Below, piece by piece: positions 11,772 to 23,770 of a stretch of 64,000 bases of DNA; positions within the stretch are counted from its first letter, which is position 1, and the number at the start of each line of letters is the position of its first letter. Source of the DNA: Selaginella moellendorffii. Taxonomy: Eukaryota; Plantae; Lycopodiophyta. The translations under genes and the position numbers were made by a program. Location of the stretch: assembly GCF_000143415.4 (NCBI RefSeq), contig NW_003314280.1:2215549-2279548 (forward strand). Direction: 5' to 3'. The notes under the pieces were generated by a model. The model had not been told where the DNA came from, did no database searches, and worked only from the letters and a program-made list of their open reading frames with translations.

Positions 11772-12655
11772 ATCTATGCTTCAAACCAGTGTGTCCTAGA
11801 AGATCTCCTGTAACAAACAGCTCCTACATTCCTCGGCGCTGTGCGTAGCGCGCTTCCATCGCTGCTCTGGCGGCAGGGGCCGGGATTTTGGATTCCTCCA
11901 CCTGCAATGCAGCCTCGGCACCTTCCTGCTTGGCCCTGGTCTTCTTCTTCTTTCTTCTTAGAGATTCGCAAATGCGGGGGCAGTAGGACCTGGAAATCCT
12001 CGTCGGTGAAGTTCCGGAAACTCATATCCTGAATCGCAAGCTCCCGAGCTCTAGTCGCCCAATCCAGCTCGCCCGCCTTGCGCCGCTGCCTCTGATCTTC
12101 GTCATCCTCCTCCTCCGAATCATCGTCGTCAAAGAAATCCGGCTTCACTGGCGCCGGACGCGATGGCGCCGCGGCATTCGCACCCAACCAGGGAAATCGC
12201 CTCACCTGCGATCGCTGCCGCTGCTGGAAGAATCCAAAATCCCGGCCCCTGCCGCCAGAGCAGCGATGGAAGCGCGCTACGCACAGCGCCGAGGAATGTA
12301 AGAGCTCCATGGCGAGCACTTAGGGCTGAGTAACACATCTAACACGAGAAGATTTTCTCGCTAATCAAACAGAAAGAATGGGCGATTTTTTAGTTGACCG
12401 CTACATCACCGCGATCATTCGATGGATTCCACGATCCTTGGAATGCCCAGGGGAAGTCCCAGTTTGACAACGACGAGTTTCCATACAAAATCTTTTCCAT
12501 CTTTTCTTGGAAGAACTGCATGGTTTTTTTGTCGTGTGTCCTCTCGTTCATCACCTTTTCGTTCCTAGAATAAAGAATAGGATCTCATCTGCCATACTTT
12601 CACGTACCTCGGACTTGATCTTTTCGTTTCAAGCACTCGTTTCATTAAAGTGCCA
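11772..12655 (-). pseudogene. Rearranged RAP fragment: promoter, 5' exon 1, inverted ~82-bp segment and a piece of exon 2
   Basis: 12320-12655 is the reverse complement of the RAP upstream region (~38050-38400). 11901-12310 matches the start of exon 1, and 11772-11818 matches the intron 1/exon 2 junction. Confidence 0.88.
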
Positions 12656-12671
12656 TTTCATTAAAGTGCCA

Positions 12672-12948
12672 TTTTTGTGATTCGTTTTGTGTGTTTGTTA
12701 TAGGAGATCTTCTGGAACACACTGTTTTGAAGCATAGGTTGCTGGAGGCTTCTGGATGGAAGATTATCTCTGCTTCCTATGCTGAGGTGAAATTTTTTTT
12801 CTTTGTTGTAGTGGAGAAAAATGTGTGTTTTGATGCAGTGGGAGAACTTACAAGGAGAGTCGGAGCACGTTGACTTCATACAAAAGCTTGTGACTCCTCA
12901 CATCCTTCAATTAGAGCAAGCGAGTGAGCAAGCAGTGTGACCACTTTT
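12672..12948 (+). pseudogene. RAP 3' fragment (exons 2-3)
   Basis: Matches 40218-40495 (GDLLEHTVLKHRLLEASGWKIISASYAE). Confidence 0.88.
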
Positions 12949-12949
12949 G

Positions 12950-13251
12950 CCCTCCACGTCCGTGACCCGTGAGCAAGCTTGTCTTGAACACCGTCCCATA
13001 CCTTTGATCATACTAAAGTCACAATCCAGCAACAAGATCATTGTATAGATACTTCTTTTCCCTCTCCTTTGGGAAGACCTAAGGAGCCTCGGAGCGAGCA
13101 ATCGTCACGTAAGGAATGAGCTCCCCAATGAGAGGCCATCCCATGCTTCCTGGGGGGAGCCTCTCCAGCTTCCGATCGCCAGTAACGAGCCAGAGAGCTC
13201 TGGCGATCCCTGCTACCTAAATTCTGGAATCCACCATAGCACTTTGCGGCT

Positions 13252-13255
<4 letters not shown>
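12950..13255 (-). pseudogene. CYP90-like P450 5' fragment, copy 2
   Basis: Reads RKLERLPPGSMGWPLIGELIPYVTIARSEAP*VFPKEREK, then YGTVFKTSLL. Homologous to ~3370-3660. Confidence 0.82.
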
Positions 13256-13295
<40 letters not shown>

Positions 13296-14146
13296 CGTAA
13301 AGAGAGAAAGAAAGAAAGGCTTTCACTAACGTGATCTTCGCAAGATCTTCTCGCAAAATAAAAGCTTTGGAAGTTATTCGCCAATATCCCGCCAAATTCA
13401 AGCACATGAACAGCGACAGAATGCAGCAAAAGGTGAGTCCCAAGACGTTGGGGCTGGATGCTCCATAAAACCACTCCATCGTCCAGTCAGGATAATAGGA
13501 TAAAGAAAGGAGTGATCACCCTTTTAGCCAGTTGAATTAGGGTGTAAGGGATAGGATTGTAATATTGGTATTGGAGCTCACTTCGATTCTCATATTGGGG
13601 CAAAAATATTCTAAAGAAATATTTAACATATAAGGAAAATTAAAGCTTGGTAAACCCTAAGAGAAGAACTATGAGGGTGGCCTAAATATGATCGTAAACG
13701 ATCATTCCCTGACCAAGGGAGGATTATTAGGCACTAAGTCAGGATAATAGGATAAACAAAGGGCCCTTTCTCTGTTTTTTTAAAAGAGAGCGTAGAGACG
13801 AGAAATCCTTGCAACCAAATTTGGGCGCTTGATCCGCTAGAACCTCCCCAAGAAGATTCGTAAAACTGGTCAATGAATCACTGGTGAGCCAGAGCTCACC
13901 GATCCGGCGTCCCTTTGGAACACTCGGTGCCAGGACGGTGGCCAGGAGGAAGCGGCCCCACAAAGGTTTGGACTCTAGATGGAACGCTCCAAAAACGCTC
14001 GGAGATGGTGATCTCATACTCCGTACCTTGATTGCAGAACCTTGGGATCCGCGGGGACCTTGGTTGCAACCAGAACCACGACACCATTAAGAATCATGTT
14101 TTAGGATAGTCTCGGCGTGCAGATGCCAAGGACCTCTTTCTTTCTC

Positions 14147-14350
14147 TCGATCGAGCCGCAAAGTGCTATGGTGATTCGAGAATTTAGGTAGCAGGGATCT
14201 GGCTCGTTACTGGCGATCATGGAGGTTTCGGAAGCTGGAGAGGCTCCCCCTGAGAAGCATGGGATGGCCTCTCACTGGGGAGCTCATTCCTTACATGACG
14301 ATTGCTCGCTCCGAGGCTCCTTATGTCCCAATGGAGAGGGAAAAGAAGTA
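14147..14350 (+). pseudogene. CYP90-like P450 fragment, copy 3, part 1 (continues at 21580-21636 and 36143-36430)
   Basis: Inverted homolog of ~13050-13255. It ends exactly at the Helitron 5' end. Confidence 0.82.
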
Positions 14351-16567
14351 TCTATAATAATAAGAACGAAGAACCCACACCCCCACAGCTGTCCAATCCC
14401 AGGCCCGGGGCAGCCTCGGAAGCTATGGTTCTCGGCAAGGGGAGGCCAGCCCAGGCTCGGGCCAGGGCCGGTGGCCATGGTTAGCGGAAATATCGGCTCA
14501 ATGTTGTGGCGGCCAATGGGCGGGATGCACGCGTGGCCGGGAAGGGAAGAGGGCGTGGTGACAGGTGTTATGCCATGCACTCCTAGGGCTCCATGGCTGC
14601 TCTGGTCGGACACGGTTGTGTGGGCATTCCCGTGAGAGCCTGTGCGTGGTAAGTAACAGGGGCAAGTAGAATGGTAGTTGGGCACACAATCCAGGCTCTT
14701 CTCGGGATCAACTCAGGACTGTGAGAGGCAAATTGGCTCATCTCCAACTTAGCAAAGCTTTGATCCCTGTTCGCCACTGCCTCACGAGCTCTTTGGCCTA
14801 CAGGAAAGCAATTATCAAGGACACTCCCTCTTTATCCCCGGATTCTCTCGAGGAATCCCTTGCTGCTGGGCCTGGTGAGGGATTTTTGTTTCAGCACATG
14901 CTTGGGATCAACTCCATTTGTAGGAACCAGGTGTTTCGAGTTGACGTAGGGCTGTCGAGTGGCTGCGCCAGCCAACACTGCTCCTGAAGTTTTGGAAATC
15001 CTTCTCCTTGAAAGAGAAGGAGAAGCAGCAGGTGCCACCGCAAGCATCGCCTGGTTTAGCTTCGTTTTTAGATTGAGGTAAGTCGTAAGTTTGAATATCT
15101 TTGTATTCTATGATGAGATTTTTTTTCTGTCTGATACTGCTTCCATCGAATCTAAAATTTAGTTCCAGTTTCCGAGAGTTTGAGGGCCGGTTTCAACAAT
15201 GCTGTGCTGGGATGCTGTGCTAGGTAGCCTGATGCTGGCGTAGGAGCAGCACTTGGGGCTACAGCTCAAAATTGCAAAGCTGTGGATTATGAGGCAGAGA
15301 TTGGTAAACACAACATTGGAGTTATTTTGTTGTTCTTGAATATTTTTCTTTCAGATCATTACATAGTTGTGAAATTTATATATATCCAACTGTAGTCTGC
15401 ATTTCTATTCTGCATAAACTTCTATACAAACTCAATTAAAAAAAAAATATATAATCAAACCTATAATCGAAGTGACTGAAAATGCCTCACCTCCGCCATC
15501 TTTTGAGAACCATACGACATAGTAAACAATCTAATGGAGATTTAGATGCCTCTGAAACTATGATTGATCATGATACACATACTATAGCTGTTCAAAATAA
15601 TCATGATAATGATTCTATACACCAAAATATTAATCATGATAATGATTATATACAGCAATCAGTTGGACACTCAGAAGCATCTAGAACCTTACATGCATGT
15701 CATTATGACAATTACATATATCAAGCAATATTAAATCCACCACTCCCACCCATGAATACCACACTAGCAAGCCATAGCATTTATAATGACTTTAACATAA
15801 TAAATTTTAATATTGGTAGTTTATCATTTGTTTGTACTTTTTGTAATGCATTGCATTTTAAAGATGAAAACTCTTCAATGTGTTGCCAGAATAACCAAGT
15901 GTTATTACCTCCAATTTCACTTTTACCATTTGATTTACTTTCACTTTACAAGCAAAATAAGAACTCTAATTTTAAAACAAATATTAGACACTATAATAGT
16001 GCTCTTGATTTTGCATTTATGTCTTCTAATATTGATATTGTAAAAGGTCATGGTCCTTATTGCTTTAAAATCCATGGTCAAATATATCATAATATTGTTT
16101 CAGCACATCCTTCTGAAGGTCAATATCAAACTTATGGACAACTTTATATGCTTGATACTCTAGAAGCTACAAATATAAGAAAGCAAAACCCTTTTAATTC
16201 AAGCTATGAGACAAACTTACTTAAACATCTTGATGCTCTCCTTCGTTATGTTAACCCATATGCTCAAGCTTTTAAAATGATGTATGAAATGGAATAAGAA
16301 GAAATTCGTTCTGCTACACTTTTATGTTATCCTATACGTGGTGTTTACATGTTATTAAAAACTGAAGGAACTGATCCACGACGCTATAATGCTCCACAGA
16401 CAAATGATGTTGCTGTCATGTTTGTTAGTGATAATGGAGAACCGCCACATAGTCGTGAAATTTGTATATATCCAACAGTAAGCAATTCTAAATCTATCTC
16501 AACACTTGATTATAATTGTGATCCAATAGTTTACTCATTAATATTTCCTTTTGGTGACAGAGGTTGG

Positions 16568-18259
16568 TGTAAGCGACTAATTTTTCCATTCTACTTTAGT
16601 CACTTAACCACACCTCCGACCACTTGGAGGAGTCTCATTCACAACCTCCATAAGTCCCATTCAGGACTTAGGACTTGCTAGCCTCGAGAATGGCATCCAT
16701 GCCACTCAACCTTTGCACTTGGTCCAAGTGCTCCACGTGTCCGATCCCATGACCGACACCCTAAAGTACCACTGATATATGAGCCTGTTACGCTAGGCCA
16801 CGCTCATTCACCTTGGTCACATCGGTGGTCTCACACCACCTGCATTGCAATCCCGTCTCTCCAAGACTGGGCCATCCATCCATGAGTGATCATCCCAGAT
16901 CCACTCCTTAGCATCCTTAGGATGTCGACAGACATGGGGAATAGCCTTCCCCCAATGTCCTTTTTCTGGTCCCCACCAAGTCCCTTTATTGTCCATGGCC
17001 GTGTTCACCAACACTACCACTGAATCGAGGCTCATAGGCCCGACCACTAAGTCCCACAATCCTCTGGGACTTCCTCACCACACGACTGTGTCCTTGGTCA
17101 CTACCCCAGAGGACTGCTCCTCTTCCTTTCCACAGTCTGGGCCTTTGGGACAACATTTCAGAACACCGTGGCTTTACGTGAGCCACCTGGGTACTCTCCC
17201 CACCTTTCGCCTTTAGGTGCTCTAGCCATGGGCTTAGAGTGAGGTTCTGTTGAGCCACACCTGGTATCCAAGTAGGTAGTGCCACCCACACTTGGACTGG
17301 GAGCATCGGCCAGTCGATCTCCCGGGGGACCTAGAGCCAGCTCTTGAACACTTCACCAAGCTACCCCACTTGTTGGTCCGTATTCACTCTAGTCTTGGAC
17401 TTCCCAGTGGTCAGTTTATCACCCAACCTGGGTCTGGCCTTCTTGGGCCAAACTGGCTCCACTGCAGTCCTCCCCCTCACTATACTTTTGGAGCTCACCA
17501 AACCCCCCAAGGTCTGGGAGACGAACGCTTTGGGCTTTCACCCTCTCAGACTCGAACTCGGACTCGGACTCGGACTCGGACTCGGACTCGGACTCGGGCT
17601 CGGTCTCAGCCTTGGCCTCGGTCCCGGTCTCGGTCCCGGTCTCGGTCTCGACCTCGGACTCCATCTCGGGTCCTTCTCGGACTCCATCTCGGACTCCATC
17701 TCGGGCTCCGTCTTGGTCCATCTTGGACTCCATCTTGGACTCCATCTCGGGCTCCGTCTCGGTCCATCTCGGACTCCATCTCGGACTCCGTCTCGGTCCA
17801 TCTCGGACTCCATCTCGGTCCACTTCAGACTCCATCTCGGTCCACTTCAGACTCCATCTCAGACTCCATCTCGGGTCCATCTCGGACTCCGTCTCGGTCC
17901 ACCTCGGACTCCACTTCGGTCCACCTCGAACTCCATATCGGACTCCATCTCGGACTCCACTTTGGACTCCATATCGGACTCCACTTCGGGTCCATCTCGG
18001 ACTCAACTAGGGTCCGTCTTGGACTCCATCTTGGACACTTCCACGTGTCATGTGTTGGTCCTTTTTGGGTCCCTTTTTGGAGCCTTGCTTATTGCTCGCT
18101 CCTTGAGCACTTTGTCGGGAGTTCCACTCCCGCTCTCGACCTTCCAAGTTAGAGCTTTTAGTCCAAACGTGTTACACTCATTTGGGCTTTCGCTTCGGCC
18201 ACTACCACGTGGCACCCTTTCCGGCTCCACTTTAGGGCCTAGGGATTTTGTGTTTCATA
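16568..18259 (-). mobile_element. Solo LTR (same family as 22048-29980) inserted in the Helitron ORF
   Basis: TGTAAGCGAC...TGTGTTTCATA with a perfect 5-bp TSD GTTGG (16563-16567 and 18260-18264). The Helitron frame reads FPFGDRGW|HKNI across it. Confidence 0.93.
17546..18036. repeat. CpG-rich minisatellite in the solo LTR (CTCGGA/CTCGGT hexamers, CTCGGACTCCAT 12-mers)
   Basis: Directly visible tandem units, more degenerate than in the paired LTRs. Confidence 0.92.
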
Positions 18260-21200
18260 GTTGGCACAAAAATATTTTTAATTCCAAATGTTGAATTACA
18301 TTACTCCAATATTATGCATACCGTTTATCTATAAGAGACACAATACACTTTGGTTTTGATCAAATTTTACATGTAGGAAAACTCACACAACCATATATAG
18401 TCAATGCTTATGTAAAAGTTGAAAGCAATAATTTGAATTACTATCACACTCGTCAAAAACAACTGCGAGTTGAAATATATACTGGTCTTATGGATTATGT
18501 TGCAAACCGTGCTACTAATGAAAATATAAATCCAGGCAAGATTGTTATTTTACCTTCAAGTTTTGGGGGTGGCCCTAGAGCAATGCAACAAAATTATCAA
18601 GATGCAATGGCTCTAGTTACTCATTTCTCAAAGCTAGATCTTTTTATTACTTTTACATGCAATCCCAAATGGCCAGAAATTTCTAAAAACTTACATCCAA
18701 ATGAAGGCCTTAAGAATTGTCCAGACTTAGTTTCTAGAGTATTTCATATCAAGTTTAAAGAATTTTTGAATGATATTACTAAAAAGCATATTTTTGGAAA
18801 TTGTATTGCTTTTATATATGTAATTGAATTTCAAAAGAGAGGCTTTTCACATTGTCACTTTCTAGGGATTTTATCTCATGAAAACAAGATTAAAGACCGT
18901 GATGCTCTTGACCAATATATAACGGCACAATTGCTTAATCTTCAAAATGAACTTGAAATTTCTAAAATAATTACATTTCATATGATACATAGTTCATGTG
19001 GGCTTCTTTACCCTAATAGTCTTTACATGGCTTAAAAGGTTATCCAAAAAAATCTAATTATAAAACTACTTTTAGTGTTGATGGATATCCAGATTATTAT
19101 AGACTTGATAATGGCCGTACATTTCTAAAAAATGGGTGTTATATTGATAATCGTTGGGTAGTGCCTTATAATAAATATCTTTGTAAAAAATATAATGCTC
19201 ATATTAATATTGAAATTTGTGCTACTATAAAAAGTATTAAGTATTTATTTCAATATGTTTATAAAGGTTATGATTGTGCTACAATTGAAATCCATTCAAT
19301 AACCCAACAACCTGATAATATTTTAAATTGGGATGAAATCTTAACTTTTTTAAATACACGTTATATATCTACTCCAGAGGCAATATGGAGACCTTTTAAA
19401 TTTAAAATGCATGGTTGTTCAACCCCTATAATCCATCTTTCTATCCATCTTCCAAATTTTCAAAACTTCTATTTTATAGAAGGTTCTGAACAAATAGCAC
19501 TTCAAAGAGCTACTTAAAATGGTACAATGTTGATAAAATGGTTTAAATTAAATATAAATGACCCAAATGCTAGACAATATATATATCCGGAAATCCCTTT
19601 ATATTATACATTTAACCCTCATACTCATAATTGGCAAATTCGACATACAAGAAATATTATTCTTCAAATGTATTCTATGTCACCATCTAATGTTGAACTA
19701 TATCATTTACGTCTTATTTTACTCCATAAAAAAGGTGCTACATCTTTTAAAGATCTCAAGATAGTTAATAATATTTATTATGACACATTTCAACAAGTTA
19801 CAGATGCAATGGGGCTTATAGCTGATAATACCGAATAGAAAAAAAATTTAGAAGATGCTTGCTTTTTTAGAATGCCATCACAATTAAGATAATTATTTGT
19901 ATTATTTTGTATATTTTGCACTCCAAAAGATCCTTACTTTTTATGGGATAAATTTAAAGACTTCCTCTCTGAGGATTTCATGCAAACAAATCCAATTTTT
20001 CATTATGAACATGCTTTACATGATATAAATATTAAAATAAAAATGCATGGCAAAACTAATCAAAACTACCATCTATCTTTGCCGTCTAAAAATTTTGATG
20101 ATGAAAATATTGTCAACTCAACACAAATATATCAAAATGTTGAACAGAATATTCCTCAATTTAATCAAGAACAATTAAATATTTTTAATGATATTCTTAA
20201 TGTTATTGATCACCCAACTGAGCATAATTGATACATTTTTATTGATAGCCCTAGTGGTATTGGTAAAACATTTCTTTTTAACACTCTTATAAATATTTTA
20301 CAATTAAAAAACATAAATGTTGTTAGCATGGCTTGGACAGGAATTGCAAGTACTTTACTTTATAATGACCGAACTTCACACTTTTAAACTTCCTGTTCCA
20401 ATAAATGAAACATCAACTTCCGCTATAACTGCTAATAGTGAAGTAGGTACAAAAATCAAAACTACTAACGTATTGTTATGGGATGAAATAAGTATAATTT
20501 ATACTCATGCATTCACTGCTGTTGATCGAGTGTTGCGAGACCTAAAAAATACATCATTACCTTTTGGTAGCATAATTGTTGTCAAGCGGGGACTTTAGAC
20601 AGACACTTCTAGTCATTCCACATGGACATAGGGCATAAATTGTTTCAAGTTTATAAGAATGAATAAATTATGGAGATTATTTTGAAAGTTATTTTTGAAA
20701 ACAAATATACAACTTGCTAAAAGTGATAAATCATGGTTTGAATGGCTTCTCAAAGTTGGAAATGGTGAAAATTTTGAAAATTTACCATCTTTACCTTTTA
20801 ACTCCATTTTATTACCTCATACACAACTAATTTATTCATCTATTATTGATTTTGTCTACCCTTCAATACTTGATATTTCAAACCCTTATATTGCAACCAA
20901 TGGAGTCATACTTACCCCATTTAACGATGATACATTTGTAATCAACAACACTATTGTTTCTAAATTACAAGGTGATACATACATTTACAAAAGCATTGAT
21001 TTTGTTGACATTGAACATCCTGAAAATTTTCCAACAGAATTCCTAAATTCTATCACACCTTTTGGTCTCCAACCATATAAACTCTTTCTCAAACAAGGTG
21101 TTATTCTTATCCTCCTAAGAAATATGTCTCCATCAGCAGGACTATGCAACAACATACGTCTCATCTTGAAAAATGCACTACCAAATATTTTAGATTGTGA

Positions 21201-21579
21201 AATTGTGATGGGGCAATTTAAAAGGACAAGAGTTTTTATCCCACATATCACACTAATACCATCAAATACAGAAATTCCATTCAAAATGTCTAGACAACAA
21301 TTTCCAATTCATTTGGGTTACTGTTTAACAATCTAAGGACAGACATTTGACTGAGTTAGAGTTTATTTGCCCCACCCAGTTTTCACTCATGGGCAACTTT
21401 ATGTGGCTTTATCAAGATGCACATCACCACATGGACTTGGAATTAAAGTTCAAAACACCACATGCCAAAGCCACCTCCTTCCTCAAGATCTTTCTATTTT
21501 TACAATTAACATTTTCTATGAAAAGGTTTTATATTGAACTTCTTTGTAAACCACCCAGCATTTGTTGGGCAAGTACTCG

Positions 21580-21636
21580 TATATACAATGATCTTGTTGC
21601 GGGATTGTGACTTTAGTATGATCTTTGTGTGGAAAG
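21580..21636 (+). pseudogene. P450 copy 3, part 2 (intron remnant between the Helitron and the LTR block)
   Basis: TATACAATGATCTTGTTGCGGGATTGTGACTTTAGTATGATC matches the reverse complement of ~13006-13047. Confidence 0.85.
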
Positions 21637-23044
21637 CCAAGGGGAACTAGCACCTCCATTTCCGCACTCAATCTACCAATCCTTCCATTGTGTAGACCAG
21701 CTATTCCATGTGAGGCAACTAGTCATCCACCCGTACCGCAGTCCCACGGTGGATACCTTCGTCCGTGGATACTCCACACAAGAGGAAGGACATACGCATG
21801 GATGCCCAATACGTATGATTTCAAATTTTAGGGGTAGGAATATACCTTGCTCAAGGGTATATTATACTTTTAAGTAGCCACTAATCAATGGGAATCGAAC
21901 CCGTGCCATTTGCTCCGATACCAACTGTAGCGCACGTGGTTTTGACCCTTTATCCTATGGTGATTTACCATAGGATAACACCACGAAGCGGAACCTAAAC
22001 CCTCTTTGTGCCAAGTGACAGATGCCACATGTCACATACCACGTGTCTGTAAGCGACTAAATTTTCCATTCTACTTTAGTCACTTAACCACACCTCTGAC
22101 CACTTGGAGGAGTCTCATTCACAACCTCCATAAGTCCAATCCAGGACTTGGGACTTGCTAGCCCTGAGAATGGCATTCATGCCACTCAACATTTGCAATT
22201 GGTCCAAGTGCTCCACGTGTCCGATCCCATGACCGACACTCAAAGGTACCACCGACATAGCAGCCCGTTACGCTAAGGCCATGCCCAATCACCTTTGCCA
22301 CACTGGTAGTCCAATACCACTTGCATCACCGTCTTGGCTCTCCAAGACTAGGCAAACCATCCGTGAGTGGTCATCTCAGATCCACTCCTTAGCATCCTTA
22401 GGATGCCCCCCGACAAGGGGAATAGCCTTCCCCAATATCCCTCTGTCAGTCCCCACTAAGTCCCTTTCTGCCCCTGGCCGTGTTTGCCAACACTGCCACT
22501 GGATCGAGACCCACAGGCCTGACCACTAAGTCCCACGGTCCTCTGGGACTTCCTCACCACACGACTGTGTCCTTGGTCACTACCCCAGAGGACTGCTCCT
22601 CTTCCTTTCCACAGTCTGGGCCTTTGGGACAACATTTCGGAACACCGTGGCCTTACGCGAGCCACCTGGGTACTCTCCTCGCCTTCTGCCCTTGGGTGCT
22701 CTAGCCATGGGCTTAGAGCGGGTTCCGTTGAGCCACACTAGGTATCCAAGTAGGTAGTGCCACCCACACTTGGACTGGGAGCATCGGCCAGTCGATCTCC
22801 CGGGGGAACTAGAGCCGGCTCTTGAACACTTCACCAAGCTACCCCGCTTGTCGGTCTGTGTTCACTCTAGTCTTGGACTTCCTAGTGGGCAGCTCATCAC
22901 CCAACACTGGGTCCGGCCTTCCTGGGCCAAACTGGCCTTTCCTGGCCAAACTGGCTCCACTGCAGTCCTCCCCCTACTATACTTTTGGAGCTCACCAAAC
23001 CCCCCAGGGTCTGGGAGACAAACGCTTTGGGCTTTCACCCTCTC

Positions 23045-23161
23045 AGGCTCCGGACTTGGACTCGGACTCGGATTCGGACTCAGACTCGGGCTCGGGCTCG
23101 GTCTCGACCTCAGCCTCGGTCTCGGTCTCGGCCTCAGCCTCGGTCTCGGTCTCGGTCCCGA

Positions 23162-23199
<38 letters not shown>

Positions 23200-23770
23200 C
23201 CAGTCTCGGTCTCGACTTCGGACTCCATCTCGGACTCCATCTCGGACTCCATCTCGGACTCCATCTCGGGTCCATCTCGGGTCCATCTCGGACTCCATCT
23301 CGGACTCCATCTCGGGTCCATCTCGGACTCCATCTCGGACTCCATTTCGGGTCCATCTCGGGTCCATCTCGGGTCCATCTCGGACTCCATCTCGGACTCC
23401 ATTTCGGGTCCATCTCGGGTCCACCTCGGGTCCATCTCGGACTCCATCTCGGACTCCATTTCGGGTCCATCTCGGGTCCACCTCGGACTCCATCTCGGAC
23501 TCCATCTCGGACTCCATCTCGGACTCCATCTCGGGTCCATCTCGGACTCCACTTCGGACTCCAACTCGGGTCCATCTCGGACTCCACTTCGGACTCCACT
23601 TCGGACTCCAACTCGGGTCCATCTCGGACTCCACTTCGGATTCCAACTCGGGTCCATCTCGGACTCCACTTCGGACTCCAACTCTGGTCCATCTCGGACT
23701 CCACTTCGGACTCCAACTCGGGTCCATCTCGGACTCCACTTCGGACTCCAACTCGAGTCCATCTCAGACA
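23045..23770. repeat. LTR-internal minisatellite (6-, 11-, 12- and compound 35-bp units)
   Basis: Tandem CTCGGT, CTCGGACTCCAT and CTCGGGTCCAT units. Confidence 0.95.

Larger units (their letters stand above)
15482..21535 (+). pseudogene. Helitron RepHel (zinc finger, HUH Rep, PIF1 helicase) with stops, frameshifts and a solo-LTR interruption
   Basis: CTFCNALHF..MCC, FKIHGQIYH, LPSSFGGGPRAMQQNYQDAMA, DLFITFTCNPKWPEI, YVIEFQKRGFSHCH, YLFQYVYKG, SGIGKTF, LLWDEIS, ILLRN...GLCN, RQQFPIHLGY. Confidence 0.92.
14351..21579 (+). mobile_element. Full-length autonomous-type Helitron (RepHel decayed)
   Basis: Starts A|TCTATAATAATAA. Ends with hairpin CCCAGCA-TT-TGTTGGG (21554-21569) and CTCG|T. The flanks rejoin into the P450 intron (GAAGTA|TATATACAATGATCTTG), matching the empty site in copy 2. 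No TSD. Confidence 0.92.

Noticed and set aside
13213-13479. 88-aa hydrophobic ORF as the P450 first exon
   Set aside because: The P450 anchor is already encoded next to the PPGSMGWP motif; this ORF runs through a CT microsatellite and is absent from the other copies.
23045-23770. Possible CRISPR-like array
   Set aside because: Units are contiguous with no unique spacers, there are no cas genes, and the context is a eukaryotic LTR.
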